DNA of 64,000 nt from Candidatus Methanomethylophilaceae archaeon (GTDB taxonomy: Archaea; Thermoplasmatota; Thermoplasmata; Methanomassiliicoccales; Methanomethylophilaceae). Of this stretch, positions 39,403 to 50,367 are shown one piece after another. Under the pieces are notes generated by a model. It had not been told where the DNA came from, did not search any database, and saw nothing but the letters and a program-made list of their open reading frames with translations. A program made the translations under genes and the position numbers. Every line of letters begins with the position of its first letter. Position 1 is the stretch's first letter. The stretch is from contig CAVIAJ010000004.1 of assembly GCA_963640855.1 (NCBI GenBank), positions 44,307 through 108,306 on the forward strand, read 5' to 3'.

Positions 39403-39951
39403 TCAGTCGTCGAATCCCAGAACTATTGTGGATGCCGCCTTCGATAAATCGAAATCGACAGTACCTTTGATGATCATATCCGATGTTGTGCACGGATGTG
39501 CCATCACCACATTCTTGCATGTGATTACGGAATCGAGAAGAGCCGTCGGTACGGCGGGAATGATGAATTTTTCTCCTCCGTCGAAGTTACTGCCTGCGAA
39601 GATAACGAAGTCCTTTGAAATCCATATTACGTCGTCTCTCGGACGGTATTCTTCAATCTCCTCATCTCCCAATGATTTTCCGACGGTTTCTCCTTTGGAA
39701 TTAATCATCAGAACGGTGGAATGTTCCTTCATCTCGGGATCGAATCTTCTGTTGTCGACGATAAGAGCAATCCTATACTTCTTCTCCATGACCTCATCGT
39801 ATGCAATATTGTTCACATCCATCTGAGTGATGGATTTCGTGCTCTCTTCCTCGTGTTTTATCGTATTCGATAAACTGTCGTCCATCTGAAAAATATCGAG
39901 AACACCTTCCAATCCTCTGAGGTGTTCGATTGCGTCGCTGAGGACTGTCAT
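39403..39951 (-). CDS. Hypothetical protein
   Basis: ORF with host-like codon usage. Confidence 0.6.
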   Translation of the reverse strand: MTVLSDAIEHLRGLEGVLDIFQMDDSLSNTIKHEEESTKSITQMDVNNIAYDEVMEKKYRIALIVDNRRFDPEMKEHSTVLMINSKGETVGKSLGDEEIEEYRPRDDVIWISKDFVIFAGSNFDGGEKFIIPAVPTALLDSVITCKNVVMAHPCTTSDMIIKGTVDFDLSKAASTIVLGFDD

Positions 39952-40151
39952 CGGAAGGCGGATTGATTATTCCGTAGATAAGATTTGACACGTGAAAAGC
40001 TGCGTATTTCAGTGAAGAAAAATAAAAACACTTTCTGTAATCTCTTTGAAACAACCCCGTTATTTCCTGCAGTGCCTGAAATATCACGGAAAATTTACGC
40101 AAATCCTTTTCCCACATATTATTTATAATTATAATATAAATATCCAAAACG

Positions 40152-42401
40152 ATGAAGAAACTTGTGATCACCGAGAAGGCCAACGCCGCAAGGAGGATAT
40201 CCACAATACTCTCAGACGGCAAATCGCACTCCAAGACAAACGGCGGAGTGACCGTAATATCCTTCGTGAACAACGGCGACGAATACAGTGTCGTCAGTCT
40301 CAGGGGTCACATCATCGAATTAGATTATCCCGAACAGTACAGCGACTGGAGTGCGGGTTCTCCCGTGGACCTTGTTTACGCACCGCAGGTGAAGAACATA
40401 CGTGTCAAAAGCATCCTGAATACCATCAAGAGTCTGATGGATTCTGCCGATGAGATCATTATCGCTACCGACTTTGACAGAGAAGGAGAACTTATCGGTA
40501 TGGAGACCGTCGTTGCGGCGGGTGCCGATATGTCCAAGGTCAAAAGGGCAAAATTCAGCGCTCTGACCAAATTGGAAGTCGAGAATGCATTTGCGAATCT
40601 TGTTCTTCCCGACGAACGCCTTGCAAACGCTGCGGAAGCGAGACAGATTGTGGATCTGTCATGGGGTGCCGTCCTTACAAGATTGATTTCATTATCTGCG
40701 GGACAGGTCGGAAAGAACTTCATGTCCGTGGGAAGGGTTCAGAGCCCTACACTCAAATTACTGGTGGACAGGAATGAAGAAATCTCAAAGTTTGTACCTG
40801 TTCCCTACTGGAAAGTGATTGGAAAGTTCGGAATGCTTGCATTCAGAGGAACACACGAGGAAGATCCTTTCTGGGAGAAGGAAAAAGCTGATGCGGTTCT
40901 TGCCAAATGCAAAGACGCAAAAACAGGAACCGTGAGTTCTTATGAATGCACTGTGAAAGAGGAATTCAGACCGGCACCGTTCGATACAACTGCGATGCAG
41001 GTCGAAGCAAACAAAATAGGCATTCCTCCCGCAACAGCCATGAAATTGGCTGAAGATCTGTACACAGGGGGATACATTTCATATCCCCGTACGGAGAACA
41101 CGGAATACCCGAGAAGTCTCGGAATCAGAAGTGTTCTCGAAAAACTCAAAGAATCCGATTTTAAGAAGGAAGTTGAAGAAATCCTTTCTCAGGAAACAAT
41201 CATCCCTTCCAGAGGTAAAAGAAGAACGACAGACCACCCGCCTATCTATCCTACGGCTGCGGCCACTTCGGATAAGATGAAAGGCGATAAGTGGAAGCTG
41301 TATGAATTGATCGTAAGAAGATTCCTCGCTACGCTCGGTCCGAATGCCGAGGCGGAAGTAACGAACTGTACCGTAGAAGTCAACGGTGAGAATTTCAAAG
41401 CGGAAGGATACGTTCTGAAGAAGGAAGGATGGAAGAAGTATTGGAAGAAGTACATGACAGTCGCCAATACACACATCCCCAAACTGAACGTAGGCGATGA
41501 AATCGACATAAGATCGATGTCGATGGATGAAGGAGAAACCAAACCTCCGTACAGATACAATCAGGGTTCACTTATCCAGGAAATGGACAGATTGGGACTC
41601 GGTACCAAGTCTACGAGACACGACATCATCGGTAAGCTGTACTCAAGGAATTACGTTCAGGGCAACTACATGACACCTACCGCAAGCGGCATCGCTCTTA
41701 CCAAGTCGTTGGAAAAACACGGCGGAGGTATTGCGGAACCCGATATGACGTCAAAGCTCGAAGCGGATATGCTCAAAATCAGCAGCGGGGAAAAGACGTT
41801 GTCCGATGTTGTGGAAGAATCGCAGAAGATGCTGTACAACTCCGCATCTACCATCGAAAAGCAGAAAGATGCGATCGGCGAGGAAATCAGAAATGCACTG
41901 AGATCGCAGCAGTTCATAGGCATCTGTCCCCACTGCGGAAACAATATGACAATTAAAAGATCGAGAAACGGCAATTTCATCGGATGCGACGGATATCCCG
42001 AATGCAAATGCGCGTATCCCATTCCGAGAAGTGCTCTTATTCAGACTGTCGAAACAAAATGCGAAGTGTGCGGACTTCCTCAGCTGAAAGTCATCAGGAA
42101 AGGTGTGCCTCCGCAGACCGTCTGTATCGATCCCAAATGTGAGAGCAACACATCCAAAACCAATCTCGGAAAGTGCCCTGCCTGCGGCAAGGGTACGATA
42201 AGAGTGATGTACTCCAAGGCGGGAAAACGCTTTGCGGGATGTTCTTCATGGCCTGAATGCAATCAGACATATCCCCTCAGACCGAAGGGAGTCGTTTCAT
42301 CCACAGGTAGAGAATGCGAACTCTGCGGTGCACCGATAATTGCGTTCGGCGACTATGAAGAGTGCATAAACACATCGTGTCCGAGCAGATCCAAGAAATG
42401 A
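40152..42401 (+). CDS. topA: DNA topoisomerase I (type IA)
   Basis: ITEK, ATD.DREGE, GRVQSP, ISYPRT, C-terminal zinc ribbons. Confidence 0.97.
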   Translation: MKKLVITEKANAARRISTILSDGKSHSKTNGGVTVISFVNNGDEYSVVSLRGHIIELDYPEQYSDWSAGSPVDLVYAPQVKNIRVKSILNTIKSLMDSADEIIIATDFDREGELIGMETVVAAGADMSKVKRAKFSALTKLEVENAFANLVLPDERLANAAEARQIVDLSWGAVLTRLISLSAGQVGKNFMSVGRVQSPTLKLLVDRNEEISKFVPVPYWKVIGKFGMLAFRGTHEEDPFWEKEKADAVLAKCKDAKTGTVSSYECTVKEEFRPAPFDTTAMQVEANKIGIPPATAMKLAEDLYTGGYISYPRTENTEYPRSLGIRSVLEKLKESDFKKEVEEILSQETIIPSRGKRRTTDHPPIYPTAAATSDKMKGDKWKLYELIVRRFLATLGPNAEAEVTNCTVEVNGENFKAEGYVLKKEGWKKYWKKYMTVANTHIPKLNVGDEIDIRSMSMDEGETKPPYRYNQGSLIQEMDRLGLGTKSTRHDIIGKLYSRNYVQGNYMTPTASGIALTKSLEKHGGGIAEPDMTSKLEADMLKISSGEKTLSDVVEESQKMLYNSASTIEKQKDAIGEEIRNALRSQQFIGICPHCGNNMTIKRSRNGNFIGCDGYPECKCAYPIPRSALIQTVETKCEVCGLPQLKVIRKGVPPQTVCIDPKCESNTSKTNLGKCPACGKGTIRVMYSKAGKRFAGCSSWPECNQTYPLRPKGVVSSTGRECELCGAPIIAFGDYEECINTSCPSRSKK

Positions 42402-42409
42402 GGGTGTTC

Positions 42410-42664
42410 TTAACACTCTTCTATCTGCTCTGTGCCGTTGAAGTGCATCTCAATCTCGTCGATATCCTTTGAGATACGTTCGTTGCGGCATCTGGGGCAT
42501 TCCAGCTCTTTTCCCAGCGCAAGCTTGATGTTTACCTGTGCGGAGTCCATCCTTATGATGTTGCCGCATTTGCAGTAAATGGACTTGGTACGTCCGATTC
42601 CGGGTACCGAAAAGACTGTGGCCGTATCACCGGAAATCTGACGGAAAGTCCTCTTCGTGTCCAT
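42410..42664 (-). CDS. Small zinc-binding hypothetical protein
   Basis: CKCG...CPRCRN; GAGGT RBS. Confidence 0.65.
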   Translation of the reverse strand: MDTKRTFRQISGDTATVFSVPGIGRTKSIYCKCGNIIRMDSAQVNIKLALGKELECPRCRNERISKDIDEIEMHFNGTEQIEEC

Positions 42665-42670
42665 GATACA

Positions 42671-43024
42671 ACCTCTAATTCCACTGCAATGATTTGACCG
42701 TTTGATTGGTCAATCCCACACGTACTCTCCCCCATTCTGTATAGAGGATATAAGCGTATCCATAACGCCCTTAATAACCCCAGTTAAGATAACATCGTTA
42801 ACCCTGAAAACTGTCGTTTTCACATCAAAACCCTATAAATAGATAAAATTCGATGGAAAATACCCGAAAACAGGGCTTTTTAACCCTGAAACAGTTATTT
42901 TTCCGATTATCCGAAAATCGAATGATCCGTTCGTAAAAAGTAAAAATTGCCGATTTCCGAGGTCGTCGGAATACGTATCTACGGACGTCAATATGCAAGG
43001 TTTTCCAGTGGAAATACAGGGGTT
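42671..43024. promoter_or_regulatory. Candidate replication origin with ORB-like boxes
   Basis: TTCCAGTGGAAATACAGGGGT at ~43003-43023, weaker inverted copy at 42671-42689, aaccctgaaa repeats in AT-rich spacer. Confidence 0.55.
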
Positions 43025-43098
43025 AAACGTCCTTAAAAATCCAAAGTATAAATATGAAAAAATCAACCCGGAAGGGGGTTTATAACCCTCTCCGGAGT

Positions 43099-44367
43099 TC
43101 ACAGTGTGAAGGCCTTCCTGCCGAGGAAAACTGCCTTCGAACCGAGCTCTTCTTCGATTCTGAGGAGCTGATTGTATTTCGCGGTACGCTCGCCGCGTGC
43201 GGGTGCACCTGTCTTAATCTGACCGGATCCCCATCCGACGGAAAGGTCTGCAATGCTTACATCTTCCGATTCTCCGGAACGGTGGGATACCACGACGGAA
43301 TAGCCGTTGTCGAAACTCATCTGAGCCGCATCTCCCGCTTCCGTGACCGTACCGATCTGATTGACCTTCAGGAGCAGTGCGTTGGCTGCACCTGCCTCGA
43401 TTCCCCTGGAAAGTCTCTTGGTGTTTGTAACAAAAAGATCGTCTCCGACAATCTGCACATCCGAACCGATCTTTTTGGTAAGTTCCGCAGTTGTTTCGAA
43501 ATCGTCCTCGAAGAACGGATCCTCGATACTGATGAGGGGGTATGTTTCGGTAAGTTTTCTGTAGTGGTCGGCCAACTCGCCTGCGGTGAGTTTCATTCCG
43601 TCCACGTCGTAAATTCCGTTGTCATAGAATTCGCTCGATGCGGCATCGAGGGCCATAAAGACATCCTTACCCGGAGTGTATCCTGCGGCGGATACAGCAT
43701 CGATGATTGTCTCCAACGCTTCCGCGGAAGTGTTCAGCGGAGGTGCGAATCCTCCCTCGTCACCGAGGTTGATTGCTCCTACGCCGTATTTCTTCTTGAG
43801 AATGGACTTCAGTGACATGTAGACTTCCGAAGACATCCTCAGACAATCCGAGAATGACTTTGCACCTGCGGGAATGATCATAAATTCCTGAATCTTCAGG
43901 TTTCCTCCGGCGTGTTTACCGCCGTTGATGATGTTCAGCATAGGAACGGGGAGAGTTACTCCGTTGTCTCCGATGTGCTGATAGAGCGGAACGCCTTCTA
44001 CAGCGGCACCCACTTTGGCGACTGCGAGGGATGTTGCGATAATGGCATTTGCACCGAGCCTCTTCTTGTTCTCGGTACCGTCCGCCTCGATCATTGCCGT
44101 GTCTACGGCACGCTGATCCGTGGGATCCATTCCGGTGATTGCTTTCGCAATATCCGTACGGACGTTGGAAACGGCCTTCTGAACTCCTTTGCCTCCGAAC
44201 CTTCCGTCGCCGTCACGGAGTTCGTGAGCTTCCCATGAACCGGTAGATGCACCGGAAGGTGCGATTGCCCTGATCTTGTGGCCTGCGATAGTAATCTCCG
44301 CCTCAACCGTGGGGTTTCCCCTTGAGTCAAGGACTTCTCTAGCCCATACTGCCTCAATCTTTGCCAT
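43099..44367 (-). CDS. eno: Enolase
   Basis: DSRGNPTVE, PSGASTG, GDEGG, SHRSGE. Confidence 0.98.
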   Translation of the reverse strand: MAKIEAVWAREVLDSRGNPTVEAEITIAGHKIRAIAPSGASTGSWEAHELRDGDGRFGGKGVQKAVSNVRTDIAKAITGMDPTDQRAVDTAMIEADGTENKKRLGANAIIATSLAVAKVGAAVEGVPLYQHIGDNGVTLPVPMLNIINGGKHAGGNLKIQEFMIIPAGAKSFSDCLRMSSEVYMSLKSILKKKYGVGAINLGDEGGFAPPLNTSAEALETIIDAVSAAGYTPGKDVFMALDAASSEFYDNGIYDVDGMKLTAGELADHYRKLTETYPLISIEDPFFEDDFETTAELTKKIGSDVQIVGDDLFVTNTKRLSRGIEAGAANALLLKVNQIGTVTEAGDAAQMSFDNGYSVVVSHRSGESEDVSIADLSVGWGSGQIKTGAPARGERTAKYNQLLRIEEELGSKAVFLGRKAFTL

Positions 44368-44372
44368 TTGTT

Positions 44373-45251
44373 TCACCGTGCTGTAGTGTATTCTTCCATC
44401 ATGCTGCGCATGATTTCGGTGTCCTTTTCGGACATGAAGTCCTCCTCGACGGAAATGATTACCGTTACTTTGGAGGAAATAAGATTGTGTATCATTGCCA
44501 TTACGGCGTTCAGACCGTTGACGCTGATCAACTGGGCGATACCGTCGATCATTATGACGGGTCTTTCATTCTCTTCGATGAATTTCATTACCGAATTCAT
44601 CAGAGTGCCGAGTTTCGACATCTCGAGATAACCGACTTTCGATTTGGTGGAAAGACCGATTACTTTGACATTGAGGTCTTTGAACCTGTCGTTGACGGCT
44701 TTCGTTCTTCCGGATGTCACTGCAAGAAGCTGACATGTATCCGAAAGACTGCGTCCCGCTTCGTAGATAAGATCGGGTTCGTCTTCGACGACATAGTAGG
44801 AACGGCCGAACTTAACTTCCTTCTGTTCGGTAACCTCCTGTGTACTTTCGGTGCTGCTTTTGGAGAAGAATTTGTTCATGAAACTCTTACTCGGACTCTT
44901 ATCCGCACCGTTCAGACCCGCTTCGCGGATACACGAAAGAATGTCTGTGCTTCTGAACGGTTTGGGAATGATTCCGATTACATTCGGATTGTCTTTGGGG
45001 ATGATTTCGTTGTTCTTGCAGAGAATAATCACTCTGATTTCGCTGTCTTCGTCAATCTCATCCAGCATCCTGAATGTCCTCAGGCCGTTGACCCTCGAGT
45101 CAAGTACCAAAAGATCGGGTTCGAAAGAACCGAGTTTCGATACAGCATCGTCGACATCATCAGTCTGTTCCGTAGTCCATCCTTCCGAAGAAAGAATCTC
45201 GGAAAGTATCTCTTGAATCGCAATGTTATCGTCGACTATCAGTGCCTTCAT
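44373..45251 (-). CDS. Receiver domain fused to DUF835-like domain
   Basis: LIVDD, LLVLD, KPF; C-terminal IMIDG...L...NG. Confidence 0.75.
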   Translation of the reverse strand: MKALIVDDNIAIQEILSEILSSEGWTTEQTDDVDDAVSKLGSFEPDLLVLDSRVNGLRTFRMLDEIDEDSEIRVIILCKNNEIIPKDNPNVIGIIPKPFRSTDILSCIREAGLNGADKSPSKSFMNKFFSKSSTESTQEVTEQKEVKFGRSYYVVEDEPDLIYEAGRSLSDTCQLLAVTSGRTKAVNDRFKDLNVKVIGLSTKSKVGYLEMSKLGTLMNSVMKFIEENERPVIMIDGIAQLISVNGLNAVMAMIHNLISSKVTVIISVEEDFMSEKDTEIMRSMMEEYTTAR

Positions 45252-45420
45252 CCAGTTCTCCCTCCGGGATGAAAAGTCATCACTAGACTCATATTGTTAA
45301 AGTATAAAATTTGTGACCCGGGCCCTCTAGAATTATAATCCGATGTCGGTCTGTGCGGTTTTTCACCGCACAGGCTGACAGTCTAAGAATAAAGGCCGTA
45401 AGGCCGGAAAAACAGGAAGA

Positions 45421-45570
45421 TCACTGCTTCCTGCTCTCTTTTGCTTTAGGCCTGAGGTTGCTGTATCCACATTTGCGACATTTTGTCGCGTTCTTGGGGT
45501 TGGTAGCGTAGCAGTTCATGCAGACAGTCTTGTCCAGTAATCTGCCCTCAGCCTCTTTGAAGCGTGCCAT
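45421..45570 (-). CDS. rpl40e: 50S ribosomal protein L40e
   Basis: MARF...CMNCYATN...CRKCG...LRPK. Confidence 0.95.
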   Translation of the reverse strand: MARFKEAEGRLLDKTVCMNCYATNPKNATKCRKCGYSNLRPKAKESRKQ

Positions 45571-45733
45571 TTGATTTCCTCTGGGCAACCCAATATTGCC
45601 CATATATTTAACTCTTATCACATTGCGGCTGCTTTTCTCTTCTATATTATAAATAAAGAGAGAACCCTCTGCGAAGTGCAGTATCGTCTGAGATACATAC
45701 ACCTTTATCATCTGCGGAGACGGTTACGGTAAC

Positions 45734-46159
45734 ATGGAGTTCGGGGAGATCCTCAGACTGTATGAACAGGGATACGACTGCGCACAGTGTATCATACGCG
45801 CCTTCGAAGGCTCATTGGATACCGATCCAGAGACGGTTATGAAATGCACTTCGCTTATGGGTATGGGACTTCTTGAAGGAAGTATCTGCGGTGCTCTCCT
45901 GGGTGCTTTCACCGTTATAGGGCTGAAATACGGAAGTTCCTCTCCGAGTCTTGCGGATAAAGGACTTGCGATCATCAAGAGAGAACAGTTCATGACCGAA
46001 TTCAGGAAACTGTACAAAGGAATTACATGTCCCGAACTGACGGGATTTGACGTGCGTATCGATGAAGAAAATCTCAAAGCGTATAAAAGCGGAATCTACA
46101 CGGAATTCTGTCCGCGTCTTTGTATGAATGTAGTGAATATTCTTGAGAAAATACTGTAA
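45734..46159 (+). CDS. C-GCAxxG-C-C family protein
   Basis: CAQC, CGALLG, TC.EL, C. Confidence 0.85.
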   Translation: MEFGEILRLYEQGYDCAQCIIRAFEGSLDTDPETVMKCTSLMGMGLLEGSICGALLGAFTVIGLKYGSSSPSLADKGLAIIKREQFMTEFRKLYKGITCPELTGFDVRIDEENLKAYKSGIYTEFCPRLCMNVVNILEKIL

Positions 46160-46197
46160 ATGATTTTACGGGTGCCGGTGAAACACCGGCACCGCGG

Positions 46198-46413
46198 TCA
46201 GTCTTTTTTGAAATAAATAGCGCCGCCTATCAGCATCGCACATGCAAGGAGTACTGCATAGTACAGTCCGTCCCTTACATTGTCGATATCCGACAGCAGA
46301 CCGAAAATGAACGCTACAATCACGATCAGAACGATTGCAATCAGCAGTATAATCAGCTGAATCAAAATGAGGGTGAGTGCATTCTCTTTATCCATCGCCA
46401 TCTGTATAAACAC
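46198..46413 (-). CDS. Small two-TM membrane protein
   Basis: Two hydrophobic segments. Confidence 0.55.
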   Translation of the reverse strand: MFIQMAMDKENALTLILIQLIILLIAIVLIVIVAFIFGLLSDIDNVRDGLYYAVLLACAMLIGGAIYFKKD

Positions 46414-46509
46414 CTCGACTGTGAATACGATTTGACTTAGATAAAATCCTTCTCAGAAGAAGTCTTGTGTTTCAGGGAATATTTCGGATATCGGGGATAC
46501 ACATTCAGA

Positions 46510-46925
46510 TTAATCGAATGATTGAATCTCTTCGGAAACAATAAACGGTTTCTTTCCGTAAAATGCAATGCCGTAAAGTATTGTCTTTCCTTTCAAACCG
46601 TATGCATAGTCTTTATCCTTAATCTGCTGAAGAGCTGCTTTTGCATCGTTTTCGATATGCCTATTGTCAGATGATTTCTTCAGTTCCATGACGACATTCG
46701 GACCGATTCCTTTCTTTTTAGTCATCATAATGTCATAGTATCCTTTTCCGTTTTCAAAATCCACCTTGACATCATAGTTTCCACAGAGACTCATCAACAA
46801 CCCGGTGATAAATGCCTGATACGAATGCTCATACTTCAGGACACGGGCGCTTATTGACGTAATGAGTTCATACAATGAATTTTTCATTGTTTCAGTATTA
46901 TCAGCCAAAACTGCAGCGGTGAAAT
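46510..46925 (-). pseudogene. C-terminal PD-(D/E)XK fragment of an AAA-ATPase-like/nuclease gene
   Basis: E..YQ, G.YDI, MELK, AL.QI..K.Y, YGIAF; N-terminal ATPase missing. Confidence 0.75.
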
Positions 46926-46954
46926 CGGAATTTATGTGACAAAGAATTGCGGTT

Positions 46955-47893
46955 TTAGGAACGTCTGAAAAGAGAACGCTGAATCATGTAGTCGGATACT
47001 CTTTTCACAGGGTCCGGAACGCCCATTTCGTGATTGATATATTCCGGGGACAGTCTCTCGACAAAATCCACAATCTCGGGATCGGTAAACGGTCTGTGCT
47101 GATCTATGCTGCAGACGTACGGATATGCCGCAGAATAACGTTTCATATGGCCCAATTCGAGAAAACCTTCCGGAGGTATGTGTGAATCCAAAATCTGTTT
47201 CGATGTGTTGTTATGAAGATGTATTGCGTGAATTCTGTCGATCATATCCTTCGGATAGGAATCGGCTACTCTGTTCAGAAGGTCAATCGAACCTTCTTCA
47301 TCGTAAGATCCGCCTGCGGATAACAGCAGATGTCCTGTATCGAGACAGATGCACCAGTTATCGAATTCAAGATGTTTCTCGAGATATCTGTATCCCGAAG
47401 AATCGGTCATTCTCAGACCGGGCCACCAGAGATTTTCCAATGCCAATTCGAAAGGCATCTCTCCGCCCAATGATGAAGATACTTCGTTCAGAATCTCCGC
47501 AAGTGCTTCCGTAACTTCGGAATCGGTTTCGGAATATTTCCTTTCCATCAATTCGTCGAAATTCGCGCTGCATGCATGGAATACGCCGTACGGAGGGTGT
47601 AATTCATCCGCAACATGTATCATTTTTACAATATTGCTGACAATTTCCTCTCTGTCCGAACCGTAATACATGAAGGAAATGCTCCCTCCGTCTACATCGT
47701 CGGATACTTTTCTCTTCCCGGACCAGATTCCGTACCAATCCGTGGAATAAGGTAAATGGACTGAAACGACTCCGTCGGTGTATTCCGACGGAACCGCTCC
47801 GAATCCTGTAAGAAGTTCTATTCCGTCTTCGGACGGAATCATCGGTGCCACTGTTCTGTCGGCGTATACCGAATCACAGAGCAGATGTTTCAT
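46955..47893 (-). CDS. Xylose-isomerase-like TIM barrel protein
   Basis: VHLP, VFHA, ENLWWPG, LDTGHL, IHLH, DQH. Confidence 0.8.
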   Translation of the reverse strand: MKHLLCDSVYADRTVAPMIPSEDGIELLTGFGAVPSEYTDGVVSVHLPYSTDWYGIWSGKRKVSDDVDGGSISFMYYGSDREEIVSNIVKMIHVADELHPPYGVFHACSANFDELMERKYSETDSEVTEALAEILNEVSSSLGGEMPFELALENLWWPGLRMTDSSGYRYLEKHLEFDNWCICLDTGHLLLSAGGSYDEEGSIDLLNRVADSYPKDMIDRIHAIHLHNNTSKQILDSHIPPEGFLELGHMKRYSAAYPYVCSIDQHRPFTDPEIVDFVERLSPEYINHEMGVPDPVKRVSDYMIQRSLFRRS

Positions 47894-48474
47894 CAGAACA
47901 ACTCGAAAGCCGCCGTAAGAGCGGCCATCATGGCAACACGCTGTTCGTTGCCGCTTCCGACAATTACGACATCTTTATCGGTCATTCCCGTAGCGCGGAT
48001 ACTCTTCGCGATTTCGGGACGTTCTACGTCGATGTTCCAATCCGGAGGAATGATGAGTTTGCCGTCGCGGATAACAACGGTAGTACATCCCGTGGCTCCG
48101 ACTCTTATGCCCGCATCCCTCTGCTGCATTCCGTTTTGGATCTTATCGGCAACACCGTAAACGAGGACACTCTGACTGTACTCTCCGAGAACGGAATCTC
48201 CGAGGGAGATGTCAATGACCCTGATGGGAATTTCATCGAGGAATCCCAGTCCGGAACGTGTTATCGTAATTCCGGTCTGTTTGATCTGTATCATGTCCCA
48301 CTCGCGGAGTGTTTCGATGATACGCCTCATACTCCCCTCACCTACACCTATCTCTTCCGCAAGCCTCTTCCTGCCCAGGCGTTTGCCGCCTGACAGAACG
48401 TGGAGAGCCCAATAGACATTGGCGTCGGTGAAACGGAACATCGGCCCGTACTGGGGTGACTCGATTATTTTCAT
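47893..48474 (-). CDS. HTH regulator (DUF4443-like) coupled to MAT gene
   Basis: GRKRLA..IGVGEGSMR; QRD.G...GA.G.TT. Confidence 0.75.
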   Translation of the reverse strand: MKIIESPQYGPMFRFTDANVYWALHVLSGGKRLGRKRLAEEIGVGEGSMRRIIETLREWDMIQIKQTGITITRSGLGFLDEIPIRVIDISLGDSVLGEYSQSVLVYGVADKIQNGMQQRDAGIRVGATGCTTVVIRDGKLIIPPDWNIDVERPEIAKSIRATGMTDKDVVIVGSGNEQRVAMMAALTAAFELF

Positions 48475-49700
48475 CAGAATGTCCTAACCTTTCCGTTGAT
48501 TATAAGGTCTGTGACCTTGTCAACATTGTCAAGCCATTCGTAAGCGATGGATTCCGCTTCCTGTTTCCACTGCGGGAGTTTCTTGTCCTCTGTTGCGGAA
48601 ACCAACTGTACGTTACAGTTGAGAGGCTCCGAGACGGGTTTACCGATCTGAGAGAGAATCCTTACTCTTACTTCGACTTCGGGCGAAACTTTCTTTGCAA
48701 CGTCTTCCGAGATAAGCTTTGACATAACGTTGTAGATCTTTCCGATGTGTGTAATCGGGTTCTTGCCTGAAGTTGCTTCCATGGACATGGGCCTGTAGGG
48801 TGTGATAAGACCGTTGCATCTGTTACCCCTTCCGACGGAACCGTCGTCACCCATTTCCTGCGAGAGACCGGTACATGTGAGGTAGATGACTCCTCTGTCG
48901 TAGTCGTCACCGGTGTTGATCTCGAGTTTGTAGTTGATCTTCTCGTCGCCGATGATGTCCAATGCGTGCTCGTTGACTTTGTCGTACATCTGCTCGATTG
49001 CCGATTTGTAGTGATCGAGATCGTCGATGTATTTGTCGACCATTGCGCATGCGACGGTCATGGTGATGTCGTTTCCTACTCTGGATGCCATGACTTTGAC
49101 ATCCTGTCCTGTCTCGGGAAGGATGTCTTTCATCTTTCCGTTGATGTATTCCTCTGTTGTGAGAACGAGACGGTCGGTGATTGAGTAGGGCGCGTAACCG
49201 ACACCGAATGAAGTGTCGTTTGCGAGAACTTTCGATGATTTGTAAACTCCTCTCAGATCGTCGGATCCCTGTCCGAGTCTTGCATCGAGGATGATTTCCG
49301 AATCGACATCGAGGTTGGGGAATGTTTTCCTTAGGTAGTTTCTTGCCGCTGCAAGTGCAACGGGTTTGCAGGGAAGTGAGCGGATTTCTTTGGTCTTGAC
49401 GTCGGTGATGTTTGTGGTTGCACGTCCTACGAGGAGGATGTACGAAGGATCCACAATGTTTCCTCCGCCGAACTTCGGGTTTGCCTGCCCTGCTGCAATC
49501 TGTGTCTCATCGGTGTTGTGGTGAAGGACTGTTCCGAACTCCTTCTTGTACATTTTACACAGTGCTTTACTGACTTCCTCGGCCAATGCATCTGCGACGG
49601 AATCGGGGTGTCCGATACCTTTTCTCTCGACAAGTTCGATCTTTCTCATGGGCACGGGCACTTCATTGATGCCCTCGACATAGATGTTCTTGTTTGCCAT
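48474..49700 (-). CDS. mat: Archaeal S-adenosylmethionine synthetase
   Basis: [30 protein letters not shown]. Confidence 0.97.
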   Translation of the reverse strand: MANKNIYVEGINEVPVPMRKIELVERKGIGHPDSVADALAEEVSKALCKMYKKEFGTVLHHNTDETQIAAGQANPKFGGGNIVDPSYILLVGRATTNITDVKTKEIRSLPCKPVALAAARNYLRKTFPNLDVDSEIILDARLGQGSDDLRGVYKSSKVLANDTSFGVGYAPYSITDRLVLTTEEYINGKMKDILPETGQDVKVMASRVGNDITMTVACAMVDKYIDDLDHYKSAIEQMYDKVNEHALDIIGDEKINYKLEINTGDDYDRGVIYLTCTGLSQEMGDDGSVGRGNRCNGLITPYRPMSMEATSGKNPITHIGKIYNVMSKLISEDVAKKVSPEVEVRVRILSQIGKPVSEPLNCNVQLVSATEDKKLPQWKQEAESIAYEWLDNVDKVTDLIINGKVRTF

Positions 49701-49803
49701 AAATTTGAGCTCCCTTAGGGATATAATATAGGATTCGATATTCTCATTCTATTTAACAAAGAGTGACATAAATATTCTTATACGAATAATCGGATTACGT
49801 ATT

Positions 49804-50367
49804 ATGAGGTTCCCGCAGGTTACTGAGATAAGAAAAATCAGGAAGACTTTGGATATTACTCAGTCGAGACTTTCTGCGGAATCGGGTGTAAGTCAGAGTA
49901 CGATTGCAAAAATCGAAAAAGGCTCCATCTCCGCAAGCTATGCCACTGTCGTAAAATTATTCGAAACTCTGGATAAAATCGGAAATAACGACAAAAGGGG
50001 ATTGCTTGCGAAGGATGTGTGTTCCAAAGACGTTATCACTATTCAGAGCAACACAACGGTACACGGTGCTTCGGAACTGATGAAATCGACGGGATATTCC
50101 CAATTACCCGTTCTGAAGGGCGAAACTCCCGTCGGAAGTATTTCCGAAAGAACGATTTCGAAACTTCTTCTGAAAGGAACCACAATGAACGAATTGGCAA
50201 GTATGCCTGTGTGCAGGATTATGAACGATTCGTATCCCGTAGTGCCTGAAAATATTCCTATCGGCACTGTAACCAAGATTATGACGGACTGCGATGCGGT
50301 ATTGGTTCACAAAAACGGCAAGATTGTGGGAATGATCACGAATGCGGATCTTCTGAAACTAATCTGA
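49804..50367 (+). CDS. XRE-HTH plus CBS regulator
   Basis: TQ..L...SGVSQSTIAKIE plus CBS pair. Confidence 0.9.
   Translation: MRFPQVTEIRKIRKTLDITQSRLSAESGVSQSTIAKIEKGSISASYATVVKLFETLDKIGNNDKRGLLAKDVCSKDVITIQSNTTVHGASELMKSTGYSQLPVLKGETPVGSISERTISKLLLKGTTMNELASMPVCRIMNDSYPVVPENIPIGTVTKIMTDCDAVLVHKNGKIVGMITNADLLKLI

Noticed and set aside
43054..43815. 253-aa plus-strand ORF and other long antisense ORFs (e.g. 44361-45272, 60587-61342)
   Set aside because: Shadow frames of well-supported genes (eno, response regulator, hppA).
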